A DNA stretch of 64,000 nt from Fibrobacterales bacterium (GTDB lineage: Bacteria; Fibrobacterota; Fibrobacteria; Fibrobacterales; JAOPTW01). Both the position numbers and the translations under genes were made by a program. Below, piece after piece: positions 27,443-37,335 of the stretch. The stretch is taken from assembly GCA_051532055.1 (NCBI GenBank), contig JAOPTX010000008.1:64001-128000 (forward strand), read 5' to 3'. Every line of letters begins with the position of its first letter. The stretch's first letter is position 1. The notes below the pieces were generated by a model. That model saw nothing but the letters and a program-made list of their open reading frames with translations. It did no database searches and was not told the DNA's origin.

Positions 27443-28932
27443 TTTTGCTCCAAACTAATGTATTGATGTTCAAATCCTAGCGGATCTAATGAGGTTAAAA
27501 GTTTATCAAATGCAATACTACGCTCTAAAGAAGGCCACTGTAAAAGGCGTTCCTGCTTGCGTGATGACCCAAACCATCTATATATTGTATCAATCCGACT
27601 TTTTAAAATCGAATCATCTTGGATGGCCTTTTTGCATAATTTTTTCTCAATCTTTTGCTGTACACGTTCTATAGTGTGAAGTAAATATCGGTGTAATAAT
27701 GCATCGGTATCCAAATGTTCTATACTCTTTAAAAAGGAATCATTTATCGTTAATGGTGATAAATCTACTTTCTGTTCCGTAAGGATCTTTTTCCCCAGCT
27801 GCTCCACCATTTCGATATGACTCATTGTAGGGATTTGCGCTGGTTCACATCCAAGAGATTCCGCAAGATCATAAAATTCGTTAAAACCAATCGTTGCATG
27901 GCATCGTGGAAAAACCATGGGAAAAGGAATAGATAAATACTGATATAACGGAGCTAAAACTCCAAAATAACGCAGTTCAGCTGGCCCCAGTACATGCGCC
28001 ACAACAGGAAAAATAGAATCACACACGAGTGGCCGTGTTAATACATCATGACTCAGATGTTCGGCATGCCGTTCCTCTTTAGAGGTAACTCTACTTCGGT
28101 GACCTAAAGAAACAACAAATGCCCGAATTACAGATGACCGAATGTCTACTGGTGATTGCACACCGATCGACTCTAAGAGTGCCTTCCCTTCTAATAGTCT
28201 ATCCTCTACCGCTTCGTGATGTTCAACACAACTATTTAAAACACCTCGACCAAAATGTTTTACTAGATCAGATGAACCATCAACAAAGATTAATCCAGTG
28301 GTGCCCAAAAGGGATTGAAGTAACTTACCAAATTGATCGGCAATTGAAATACCTGACTCTATGAGGCTTAAAAAATTTGACCGCCCATTAAGTACACTTA
28401 TAATATCCAAGAGTACATTGTGACGCTCAGTATCGAGATACCGATGAGACATCTGAATCAACTCACTCCGTTTTGTGAAATCAAGAGTGTGTGCCTTGCC
28501 TGTTAACAAATCCTCAGAAAAGTTACATTCCTTTAAATCTGAATCATCACCGGCTATCCAAAAAAGTGGTACAACGCTTGTCTCATTATTTTGGCTCAAT
28601 GTATCTGCAAGGGCTACAGCAGTTAATGCCTTGTAGAGAATCATAAGGGGGCCGCCCGAAATACTTGGCTGCTGACCAGTGACAACTACTGTAGTACTAC
28701 TTTTTTTAAGAAGGGTAATAGTATCGGCTGTCTCTTTTGAGCAGCCATAGCGTTCCTGTTCGTCACGTAACATCGAGGTAAGTAATGCACGGTCGTAGCT
28801 ATTATAAGGTCGATTAAAAAGTGACTCCGTATCGGCAGATGCAGTCGTTGCGACACCAGACGGATAGACCGTTTTACACTCCTGGTCAAACTCCTCAATG
28901 AGTCGTTGAAAAAGGGGTGATAGGTAGGCCAT
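27430..28932 (-). CDS. bshC: Bacillithiol cysteine-adding enzyme
   Basis: VVTGQQP..GGPL..LYKA, VPLFWIA, RPL...FP...GPAEL.YF, QER; operon context. Confidence 0.88.
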   Translation of the reverse strand: MAYLSPLFQRLIEEFDQECKTVYPSGVATTASADTESLFNRPYNSYDRALLTSMLRDEQERYGCSKETADTITLLKKSSTTVVVTGQQPSISGGPLMILYKALTAVALADTLSQNNETSVVPLFWIAGDDSDLKECNFSEDLLTGKAHTLDFTKRSELIQMSHRYLDTERHNVLLDIISVLNGRSNFLSLIESGISIADQFGKLLQSLLGTTGLIFVDGSSDLVKHFGRGVLNSCVEHHEAVEDRLLEGKALLESIGVQSPVDIRSSVIRAFVVSLGHRSRVTSKEERHAEHLSHDVLTRPLVCDSIFPVVAHVLGPAELRYFGVLAPLYQYLSIPFPMVFPRCHATIGFNEFYDLAESLGCEPAQIPTMSHIEMVEQLGKKILTEQKVDLSPLTINDSFLKSIEHLDTDALLHRYLLHTIERVQQKIEKKLCKKAIQDDSILKSRIDTIYRWFGSSRKQERLLQWPSLERSIAFDKLLTSLDPLGFEHQYISLEQKWNR

Positions 28933-29663
28933 TAGTCTCCTTTTTTAAGTACAAACGACATCCGAGGGGAGTCCTGAGTAAAGGGAGCTCCCTTCTCATC
29001 TCCAAAAATAGTTTGCACCGACAAGTTAACACTTTTAAAGAGATCATACAAATCTTCTTTCTCGAATACCATCACTCTTTCATGATATTTTTCAACTTTG
29101 TCAGGAGTATACTCAATGGTAATCTCCTTACAGACACATCCTCCTGTAAAAGTACGATCTTGTGTTACTTTTTTACCATCAATTACTTGAGAATCTTTTT
29201 TGGGAAGTGTTTTGAGAACGGCATCTTTGTTCATCAGGTCGAGGAAAATGTATCCTCCTGGCTTTACCATATCTACAAAATAACCAAGCAGTGAAAAATT
29301 TTCTTCACGAGTCGCAAAATACCCAAAAGAAGTGAAAAATGAGCAAGCCAAATCAAATGATTTCTTTTGAAAAGGAAGATTTCTCATGTCTGCCCGTGCT
29401 ATTGGTAAAGTGGCAGGAAGAGCGAGTTCTCGAGCTCGTTTCAACAAATAATGGCTTAAGTCGATTCCTATCGCACTCATGTCATTTTTGAGAAGTTCTT
29501 TAAGATGACGTGCTTTTCCACATCCAATGTCTATAATAGACGCTCCTTTGGGGAGCTCAAGATAGGCAAGAAGTGCTGTAACCTGATCTGTGGCTTGTTG
29601 ATCATTACGATTTACATAAATATTATCGTACTCTTCTTGAAACCACCTCTCAAACCATTCCAT
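28932..29663 (-). CDS. Class I SAM methyltransferase, candidate bacillithiol N-methyltransferase (NmbA-like)
   Basis: EWFERWF N-terminus, DIGCGKARH SAM motif, ADMR, FTSFGYF, SPRM; TAATG-coupled to bshC; GGAGG RBS. Confidence 0.85.
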   Translation of the reverse strand: MEWFERWFQEEYDNIYVNRNDQQATDQVTALLAYLELPKGASIIDIGCGKARHLKELLKNDMSAIGIDLSHYLLKRARELALPATLPIARADMRNLPFQKKSFDLACSFFTSFGYFATREENFSLLGYFVDMVKPGGYIFLDLMNKDAVLKTLPKKDSQVIDGKKVTQDRTFTGGCVCKEITIEYTPDKVEKYHERVMVFEKEDLYDLFKSVNLSVQTIFGDEKGAPFTQDSPRMSFVLKKGD

Positions 29664-29666
29664 CAA

Positions 29667-31220
29667 CTACCTCCGATTAAATCTCGGTTTTCTCATGCGC
29701 TGGTCCATTTTTGACTTCCGCACGTTGCTATCTATCTCAGGAGACTGAGCTTTCTGAATACTGTCCTGAAATACACTATCCTTAACAATACTATCACGAA
29801 CCATTTGTTTTCTAATGAGTTCGTTTTTTTTCCGCTCTTGATCTGCTTTATACAGCGGATACCATTCAAAAGGGTCAATCCGCTTATAGCGAGTTCTACC
29901 GTACCGTATACTACCTTTAGGGCTCTTAATAGCGGTTTCTATATGTGCATGTGGCCCTGTAGTATTACCAGAAACGCCTATAGTCGCGAGCACATCCCCA
30001 ACATAGGCATCTTGGTTATCAAAAAAGAGCAACTTGTTGCAATGCGCAAAGGTTATTAAAAAAGAATCATTAAAAAGGGTAATCATATTACCACCGCGAG
30101 GATCAGTACGTACATGAGCATGACCATCAATAGGGGCGACAATATATGCATCAAAGCTTGTACCAATATCAATTGCAGGGTGTTTCCGGTGAGAACGCGT
30201 TTTCTTTTTTTGCCAATAGTCTGTTAAATAGGCAATTGAGTCACCATATATTGAAGTGTAAAAATTATATGCATCTGCCAAAGAGTCATGACGTGGCGTA
30301 CTAAGAGAATCATCGATGGGATAAAAGCGTACAACTGTACCCTCTCTCGGTTTATACTTTTCAATAGAATCAGTATAGATTGTTGATCGATCAATAGTCG
30401 CTTGTAAATAGTTTAGGATGTCAGCTGAGTCTGCAACCCAAGACACTTCTTTAGAGACAATATACCGTGCAATTCTATATACAGTTTCAGTACCTTGAAA
30501 CTCATATTCATAAATATAATCCGCATCATCACTCTGCATCTCAGAAAAGCTTTGAAGTGATCGCATAAATATTGGATGATACTGTGCAAAAAAGAGCCCC
30601 ACGACCGTAGCAACCACCAAACATATAGAAAACACAATGGAAAGAGTAGCATCATCACGTACCGTAACAACTCTCTTGTTGATCTCTTTAGCTATTTTTT
30701 CAGCCGTAAAACCAGTGGCATCGAGTAAATCTATCGATACGATAGCATGTTTTTGCAAATAATTTCTGAGAGCTGTCGCTCCACTATTCTGAACTCCATA
30801 AAAAAGAGTACATCGAGAAGCTTTGCTTAAAATGTGGAGTTCTGGGCGTTCTAATATATCAACCACAAAAAATATGTGAGTATAATACTGTTTAAGTAAT
30901 GAAACATTATAGAGAATATCACTTATTTGTTTTGCCGCAGCATTATTAGAATAATTGAAATGCAATGTATGAAAACCATCTTCATTAATTGCAATTTTTG
31001 GTGCAATAGATTGAGAGCTTTTTTCATTTTCAAAATAGATATAGCGCTCAATATCTGATTCTATATTTTTATCAATGAAAATAAAAAGCGAACTCGAACA
31101 ATCATTAGAGAAATAGAGTTGTGAATAATCTATTGAAGCTTCGTGTTTAGATATACAAAAAACACCCTTATTGGGTGCTTTGTAAGATATCGTGGTATGG
31201 CCTTTTTTATTCAAGCCCAT
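29667..31220 (-). CDS. Membrane-anchored M23 metallopeptidase with a large cytoplasmic N-terminal domain
   Basis: One TM helix near aa 192-212; HPAIDI (HxxxD), FAHC, GNTTGPHAHIE (HxH), IDP. Confidence 0.82.
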   Translation of the reverse strand: MGLNKKGHTTISYKAPNKGVFCISKHEASIDYSQLYFSNDCSSSLFIFIDKNIESDIERYIYFENEKSSQSIAPKIAINEDGFHTLHFNYSNNAAAKQISDILYNVSLLKQYYTHIFFVVDILERPELHILSKASRCTLFYGVQNSGATALRNYLQKHAIVSIDLLDATGFTAEKIAKEINKRVVTVRDDATLSIVFSICLVVATVVGLFFAQYHPIFMRSLQSFSEMQSDDADYIYEYEFQGTETVYRIARYIVSKEVSWVADSADILNYLQATIDRSTIYTDSIEKYKPREGTVVRFYPIDDSLSTPRHDSLADAYNFYTSIYGDSIAYLTDYWQKKKTRSHRKHPAIDIGTSFDAYIVAPIDGHAHVRTDPRGGNMITLFNDSFLITFAHCNKLLFFDNQDAYVGDVLATIGVSGNTTGPHAHIETAIKSPKGSIRYGRTRYKRIDPFEWYPLYKADQERKKNELIRKQMVRDSIVKDSVFQDSIQKAQSPEIDSNVRKSKMDQRMRKPRFNRR

Positions 31221-31227
31221 GAGATAT

Positions 31228-31620
31228 TTACCTCATGGCAGCTTTAAGCAAGTCCATTTTACCTTTAATTGCTTGAAAGCTTTCGAGGTTTTTATTGAAT
31301 ATATCCTGATTAGTTGGGAGATAAAACATCACATCTTTTTTACCAAGGCGACCTTTAAGAAACTCAGTTGCGTTTCTTTTGCTCACACCAATAAATGGTC
31401 CATCATCAAGGTCTTCGAGAATATCGAAATATTTGAAGAGTGAATGATTTTTATTCCAACCACGAGATTCAAAAATATAGGCATCAGCTTGTGGAACACG
31501 ATTTCCATCAAGAATATGCTCATATCCATATACTTCTAATTCGTGGCTTGGATCATTTGTAACAAGCGGAGTAAGATCATTGATAACAGCTTTATTATCA
31601 CATACTAAAACAAATTTCAT
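31228..31620 (-). CDS. Hypothetical protein, pseudo-receiver-like
   Basis: KFVLVCD / ADAYIFE / PFIGVS / FYLP pattern follows the receiver strand order. Confidence 0.6.
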   Translation of the reverse strand: MKFVLVCDNKAVINDLTPLVTNDPSHELEVYGYEHILDGNRVPQADAYIFESRGWNKNHSLFKYFDILEDLDDGPFIGVSKRNATEFLKGRLGKKDVMFYLPTNQDIFNKNLESFQAIKGKMDLLKAAMR

Positions 31621-31650
31621 AATTGGCCTTTTAAAATTTATTTTTAAAAA

Positions 31651-31724
31651 TACGGCTGCAAGGGTTCGAACCTTGGACCTACGGTTTAGAAAACCGTTGC
31701 TCTATCCAACTGAGCTACAGCCGC
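31651..31724 (-). tRNA. tRNA-Arg (anticodon UCU), CCA not encoded
   Basis: GCGGCTG acceptor, D-arm GCTCAGTTGGATAGAGC, anticodon stem ACGGT-TTTCTAA-ACCGT, T-arm CAAGG-TTCGAAC-CCTTG. Confidence 0.97.
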
Positions 31725-31936
31725 ATTTTAGCCTGAAATGGAAAAGAAATGGAATTCTAACCCACTCAGATTTAATGACCCAAATTTAATCAAATGAGAA
31801 ATATTTTTAAAGGAAATTTGTCATAATTGCAAAATTTTACTGTTTTTACACTTTAGTAATATGAGGCGCACTGAAGAATATTGGAATTTCTTATATTTTA
31901 GACACACAAACAACCAATCAAAACGAGTTAACAGAC

Positions 31937-32200
31937 ATGGAACAACTAAACGGTATTCTCCCTTTAATTTTGATGATCCCTATATTTTACTTTTTCTTCA
32001 TCCGCCCACAGCAACAAGAGGCTAAAAAGAAAAAAGAAATGCTTAAAAACCTTAAAAACGGTGATAAAGTACTCACTCAAGCAGGTATGTATGGTGTGGT
32101 AACTACGGTTTCTGATGATTCTATAACTCTTAAAGTAGCTGACGGCGTTAAAATTGATTTTAGCAGACCATCAATAACTGAAAAAGTCGTTAAAGATTAA
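31937..32200 (+). CDS. yajC: Preprotein translocase subunit YajC
   Basis: FYFFFIRPQQ, LKNGDKVLTQAGMYG. Confidence 0.95.
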   Translation: MEQLNGILPLILMIPIFYFFFIRPQQQEAKKKKEMLKNLKNGDKVLTQAGMYGVVTTVSDDSITLKVADGVKIDFSRPSITEKVVKD

Positions 32201-32202
32201 GC

Positions 32203-32721
32203 ATGGCAATACTTGATATCAAAAAATATGGTTCTATAGTCCTTCGTAAAAAAGCGGAGGCTGTATCAGAGGTAACCCCAGAACTGGTAGCCTTTGCAGA
32301 GGATATGCTCGAAACCATGTATGACGCTCCTGGTGTTGGCCTAGCCGCACCACAAGTAGGAAGGTCTATACAACTCATCGTCGTTGATGTTAGTAAAACA
32401 GACGAAGATAATGAGCCGTATATAATCTTTAATCCAGAAATAATCCCTCAAGAAGGGTGCGATTTTGATATTGGAGAAGAAGGATGCCTCTCTGTTCCTG
32501 ATATCTATGCTGATGTTGAACGCCCATCAGTAATTACACTTACAGGACTCAATGAACGCGGAGAACCTATCGAATTTAAAGAAATTGATGGATTTTTAGC
32601 GCGGTGCTTTCAACATGAAGTCGATCACCTCAATGGTGCGCTCTTTGTTGATAAAATAAATGCCACATCCAAAGCGATGCTTAAATCGAAACTCAAAAAA
32701 ATGGCAAAAGATAATAAGTGA
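32203..32721 (+). CDS. def: Peptide deformylase
   Basis: GVGLAAPQVG, EGCLS, QHEVDHLNG. Confidence 0.97.
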   Translation: MAILDIKKYGSIVLRKKAEAVSEVTPELVAFAEDMLETMYDAPGVGLAAPQVGRSIQLIVVDVSKTDEDNEPYIIFNPEIIPQEGCDFDIGEEGCLSVPDIYADVERPSVITLTGLNERGEPIEFKEIDGFLARCFQHEVDHLNGALFVDKINATSKAMLKSKLKKMAKDNK

Positions 32722-34103
32722 TGCGCAAGTATCTCCTTGCGCTTCTCCCCTTCCTGGTTCTGAGCTGTGCTCATATTCGTCGTGACATCAACATGGATGA
32801 CATGGAGTATGAGCGAATGGTTCAAAGGGAATTAGAACCTATTCGTTCTATTGAAGAGTGGCATGAGATTCCAGGTGATCCTACTGAGCGTTCAAGAGAT
32901 TTTGGGACGCTCACCCATTGGGATACTGAGCCAAAAATATTTAAGAAAATTTCACAATCTGATCTACGTCATGTAATACGTATAGGCTTAGCAATCGATA
33001 AACAAAAACACACTTTTACTCCTAAAAGTGAAGTAACTCTTCGCATTAAGAAAAAAAATACATGGAGTTCTAAAGTACGTACATCCGAACCAATTTCTAT
33101 CACACACGATAAATACCGAATGCTTATACGAGTGAATGGGAAAAGATATTATACAGAATCTGCACTTCAAATTATTCCAAGTAATCCCCGCACTGGTGTT
33201 ACAATAGATGGTAAGGAATCCTACCGCGGTTATTTTGAAGTGCGCAAAAATAAATCCCATTTAACACTCATAAATGAACTTCCAATTGAGGAGTATTTGA
33301 GAGGAGTACTCCCTCACGAGATGGGGCACCGCAAAGAAAACCATCTTGAAGCACTAAGAGCGCAAGCTGTTTCAGCACGTACCTACACCTATAAACACCT
33401 CAACTCTAGAAAAAAGTACCATTTTGACCTCTTTGCCGATGTCCGCGATCAAATGTATAAAGGCATAAATAGTGAATATGGTCTGAGTGATTTCGCAGTC
33501 ATGAGTACCAAAGGGGTAATTATTACCCATAGTGACACCCTTATTGATGCCTATTATCATAGTACTTGTGGGGGTAGAACCGCATCAATTCACAACGTCT
33601 GGCCTAAGGCATCTCCAACCCCTTACCTCATTACTGCGCCCGATGTTAGAGCAGATGGGACCCCATGGTGCTCCCAATCAAGGTTTGTTAATTGGACGCT
33701 TAATTGGAAACGATCAGATATCATTTCCAATGCAAATAATTATTTCAAAAATTATAACCCCTCAGCAAAGTCTTTTAGTCGGCTTGATCGACTCGAAATC
33801 TTTGGTTGGACTCACTCTGGCCGAATAAAAGAGTTACGATTAAATACCAATAGTGGCAACTACACAGTTTCAAGCGACAAATCAAGATGGCTGCTCAGGA
33901 GACCGGAGAGTAAATCAATTTTAATGAGTAGCCGTTTTATATTGCATAAAACAAATTCTGGGTACCGAGCAACTGGCAAAGGCTTTGGACATGGGATTGG
34001 CTTTTGTCAAATGGGAGCTATGAGTCGCTCAGATGCCGGGCAAACCTTTGAGCAGATTATTAAGGCGTATTATACAGGAACAGAATTGGTTGAGCTTGAG
34101 TAA
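32718..34103 (+). CDS. SpoIID/LytB-domain lytic transglycosylase lipoprotein
   Basis: LSC lipobox; YRG, EEYLRGVLPHEM, EALRAQAVSARTY, YHSTCGG, GFGHGIGFCQMGA. Confidence 0.92.
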   Translation: MMRKYLLALLPFLVLSCAHIRRDINMDDMEYERMVQRELEPIRSIEEWHEIPGDPTERSRDFGTLTHWDTEPKIFKKISQSDLRHVIRIGLAIDKQKHTFTPKSEVTLRIKKKNTWSSKVRTSEPISITHDKYRMLIRVNGKRYYTESALQIIPSNPRTGVTIDGKESYRGYFEVRKNKSHLTLINELPIEEYLRGVLPHEMGHRKENHLEALRAQAVSARTYTYKHLNSRKKYHFDLFADVRDQMYKGINSEYGLSDFAVMSTKGVIITHSDTLIDAYYHSTCGGRTASIHNVWPKASPTPYLITAPDVRADGTPWCSQSRFVNWTLNWKRSDIISNANNYFKNYNPSAKSFSRLDRLEIFGWTHSGRIKELRLNTNSGNYTVSSDKSRWLLRRPESKSILMSSRFILHKTNSGYRATGKGFGHGIGFCQMGAMSRSDAGQTFEQIIKAYYTGTELVELE

Positions 34104-34121
34104 CCGTTACAACTTCATATA

Positions 34122-34589
34122 CTAAAGAATAACCTCTTCACCAAGGCTTTCATACCAAGTCTGGCCTGAGGCCATTTTAAGATAGAGCGTTCGAGGCTTG
34201 TTGCCTCCTACACATTCAGCGTCTATAAAAACACTGTTCTTCCAAAGTAACTTACGCGCAATTAAAATATTTCGATCACCAATTCTAAAATGAGTATCAC
34301 CGAGAGAACTACCACCAGCCATTACGGTTCGTATGTTTTTTTTAGAAGCCCCATAACTATACATTGTATGGAATAGTTCAGGTATTGCATAATCACCAAA
34401 TTCTAGTTTCTTTTCATGAGAGGCGAAATCATGAGACCACTTGGGAAGCTTATAATGAATCATCCCACCAACGCAGGCTACACTATCATGAGCAACAATT
34501 CCAATACACGAACCGAGTGAATGTGTAACTATTATATCTTCTGAATCATCAGAGACAACTAATCCACCAATTCCTAGAGTTTGTATCAT
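34122..34589 (-). CDS. cheD: Chemoreceptor glutamine deamidase CheD (copy 2)
   Basis: LGSCIG, GGMIHY, MAGG, IGDRN, VGG. Confidence 0.9.
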   Translation of the reverse strand: MIQTLGIGGLVVSDDSEDIIVTHSLGSCIGIVAHDSVACVGGMIHYKLPKWSHDFASHEKKLEFGDYAIPELFHTMYSYGASKKNIRTVMAGGSSLGDTHFRIGDRNILIARKLLWKNSVFIDAECVGGNKPRTLYLKMASGQTWYESLGEEVIL

Positions 34590-35614
34590 GAAAGGTGTGC
34601 CATTGTATGTGCAGTTATCTTGTTTAGAGGGAGAATTATAGACCCTGCATTAACTTTCTCGGCAGCACCTGGCATACCATACACTACCGATGTTTCTCTG
34701 TTTTGTATAATAGTATATCCACCGGAATCTTTAATTTTTTTTAGACCCACTGCACCATCACTCCCCATACCAGTGAGAATGATACCAATTGCATTTGCGC
34801 CAACATATTGGGCAACACTGGCAAAAAGCACTTCAACTGCTGGCCGTTGATAATGAATGCGAGGTCCTTGATTCAAATCAACATAGTATTGAGCACCTGA
34901 ACGATTAACCATCATGTGATAATTACCCGGTGCGATAAGGGCGGTACCCTGTACTATCCTATCTTTAGGTTTTGCCTCACGTACCTCAATGGCACACAAC
35001 TCATTAAGACGTTCTGCAAAAGACTTAGTAAATTCAGCAGGCATATGTTGCACAATAACAATACCCGGTGCATTGGCAGGCATAGAGGTCAGTACATCAC
35101 TGATAGCATTCGTCCCCCCAGTAGAGGCCCCAATTGCAATAATTTTGTTCGTAGTCTCAATTAATGAATGACGAACCGGTTTCTGAATAGCAGAGACCTT
35201 TGAGATTCGATTAATATGGAAATTTTTTGAAACAGCTGAAGCTTTAATTTGTTCAATAAGTGTTGGGATAACTTCTTCAATAGTGTAAGCTGACCCCGGT
35301 TTACACAATACATCCATAGCTCCTAAATCAAGTGCTTCCATTGCCATAGCAGCATTCTTTGGCGTGAGAGAGCTGACAATAATTGTGGGAATCGGGTAGT
35401 GGGTCATGATTTTTTTTAAAAAAGTGAGGCCATCCATTCGAGGCATCTCAATATCAAGGGTCATCACATCGGGCTTTAATTTGATAATTTTTTCACGCGC
35501 AATATAAGGGTCAGCTGCAGTTCCTACAACGGTTATTCCCTCTGCTGCCTGTAGTGCTTTTTCTAACACACTTCTTACTACTGCAGAATCATCAACAATA
35601 AGAACAGATATCAT
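34586..35614 (-). CDS. cheB: Chemotaxis methylesterase, REC-CheB
   Basis: DIEMPRMDG, GASTGG, QHMP, LTGMGSDGA, VYGMP. Confidence 0.97.
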   Translation of the reverse strand: MISVLIVDDSAVVRSVLEKALQAAEGITVVGTAADPYIAREKIIKLKPDVMTLDIEMPRMDGLTFLKKIMTHYPIPTIIVSSLTPKNAAMAMEALDLGAMDVLCKPGSAYTIEEVIPTLIEQIKASAVSKNFHINRISKVSAIQKPVRHSLIETTNKIIAIGASTGGTNAISDVLTSMPANAPGIVIVQHMPAEFTKSFAERLNELCAIEVREAKPKDRIVQGTALIAPGNYHMMVNRSGAQYYVDLNQGPRIHYQRPAVEVLFASVAQYVGANAIGIILTGMGSDGAVGLKKIKDSGGYTIIQNRETSVVYGMPGAAEKVNAGSIILPLNKITAHTMAHLS

Positions 35615-36066
35615 ACCTGATCAAGCGAAAAATTAAAGAGCATTGGATAGTCATCAGCAACGATCCAAAGAGAATTCTCGCTCACTAAATCGACTTCTAA
35701 AGATGATACATCAATCACTTCAGGAATGGTAAGGTTATACACCCCATCAGTACCATAAAGCTCAGTAATTAAAAGACCGGTAATCATATTTAAAACTTCT
35801 TTACCTGCATCTAACTCTACGCTATCATTTTGAGTTGATTCTTCTTCAACACCAAGCATATTTGCTGCAAAGAGCGCGAGTAATTCATCGGAAGACCACA
35901 TATGTAAAATACCGGTATGCGCTCCATTAAACTCAATGGTAATACCTTTTGTAGACCAGCCTTTTTCTGGGACTTCTTCTAAAAAGTCATCGGTAAAAAC
36001 AAATGCTGCACCTTCTAATATATCACAAATGACTGTTCTTGCAACTTTTTCTAAATCACTCTTCAT
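35611..36066 (-). CDS. CheX-like phosphatase
   Basis: DAGKEVLNMITG (ExxN) motif; operon context. Confidence 0.7.
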   Translation of the reverse strand: MKSDLEKVARTVICDILEGAAFVFTDDFLEEVPEKGWSTKGITIEFNGAHTGILHMWSSDELLALFAANMLGVEEESTQNDSVELDAGKEVLNMITGLLITELYGTDGVYNLTIPEVIDVSSLEVDLVSENSLWIVADDYPMLFNFSLDQV

Positions 36067-36445
36067 CCCAGCCTCCTAGTATTTCGAGTAAAGTATCCCG
36101 TAGTTTTTCTGGACGAGATGGTTTACGAAGATAACCCGCAATACCCATCTCTTTTAATTCTTCCATTCTTGTTTTACTTCCCTCTGTAGATATTACAATA
36201 ATTGGAATATCTTTATACTCATTATGACCCTTCATATATTGAACGAGCTCTACCCCATTCATATTAGGCATATTAATATCAGATAATACAATATCCACAA
36301 AGTTTGTTTTTAATTTTTCAAGTGCAAGAACCCCATCCTCAGCTTGGATAATTTCTTCAATTGGTAGTTTTGTCATACTGAGAGTTCGCTCGAGCGCCCC
36401 CCGTATAGTATTTGAATCATCTACAATTAATATTGTATAGGACAT
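36056..36445 (-). CDS. cheY: CheY-like single-domain response regulator
   Basis: IVDDS, SDINMPNMNG, ISTEG, KP. Confidence 0.88.
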   Translation of the reverse strand: MSYTILIVDDSNTIRGALERTLSMTKLPIEEIIQAEDGVLALEKLKTNFVDIVLSDINMPNMNGVELVQYMKGHNEYKDIPIIVISTEGSKTRMEELKEMGIAGYLRKPSRPEKLRDTLLEILGGWDEE

Positions 36446-36492
36446 AGGTCACCTATTCTTTTAACAGTTTTAAACAATATACACATACGTTT

Positions 36493-37335
36493 TTACTCAT
36501 ACATTAACAGTACTTCTTGAAGCTTCATAGCCCCTTCTGCACATAATAGCTCAACTTGATTACTTGTAATTCCTAATCGGTCAAGACACACTTCATCAAC
36601 TATAACATTCATTCCTTCACGGCCTACTCCTGCACCAATCATACGTGCAGTTACATTTGCTATTCGCACAACATCAGTAAGAGTATCTTTGCCTTCCTCA
36701 ATTGAGTGATGATTTTTGACAGCGAGAGCCATCTTTTCAGGTAACCCCCATGCTTTTAAAATTTCATATCCAACATCAGCATGAGAGATACCAAGCACAT
36801 TTCTCTCTGCCTGTTCATCGGATAGGTCAGGTGAATAGTCGATCTGCTTCCAGATTTCTTTTATTACATTTTCGTCTAGAGCTCTGCAAAGAACGAGTTT
36901 GCCTACATCATGGAGAAGTGCAGTGGTAAATCCTAGTTTTTCATCTGAAGTTTCTTTTCGAATAGATCCAATTTCATCGGCAACAATTGCGGCAGCTACG
37001 CTATGATTCCATAGATCTTTCTCTGAATAGCCGTAGACATCCATGGTTACATTCATTTGCCCCTTTACCCCTTTGCCCAAGAGGTATTTCAAAATTCGTT
37101 GCCCTCCTAATCGAATCACAGCATTTTTTATTGAAGTGATCTCTACACGTGAGGCAGACATAGCTGAATTAGCAAACTTGAGTACACCCATTGTGGCTGC
37201 TTCATCAAATTGTATTACCTCAACAATATCTTGAATATCACTTTCTGGATCATTTACTAATGTTGCTAACCGTCCTATCGAAGGTGATAGAGGTGTAAGC
37301 TCTTGTATCTTAGCTAATATTTCGTTTACCATCAT
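36493..37335 (-). CDS. HDOD domain protein
   Basis: LKFANSA, AVIRLG, LWNHS, LLHDVGKL, HADVG..LKAWGLP..AVKNHH. Confidence 0.92.
   Translation of the reverse strand: MMVNEILAKIQELTPLSPSIGRLATLVNDPESDIQDIVEVIQFDEAATMGVLKFANSAMSASRVEITSIKNAVIRLGGQRILKYLLGKGVKGQMNVTMDVYGYSEKDLWNHSVAAAIVADEIGSIRKETSDEKLGFTTALLHDVGKLVLCRALDENVIKEIWKQIDYSPDLSDEQAERNVLGISHADVGYEILKAWGLPEKMALAVKNHHSIEEGKDTLTDVVRIANVTARMIGAGVGREGMNVIVDEVCLDRLGITSNQVELLCAEGAMKLQEVLLMYE

Noticed and set aside
31651..31724. tRNA-anchored genomic island or prophage
   Set aside because: No integrase, no att duplication seen, and the flanking genes are housekeeping-like
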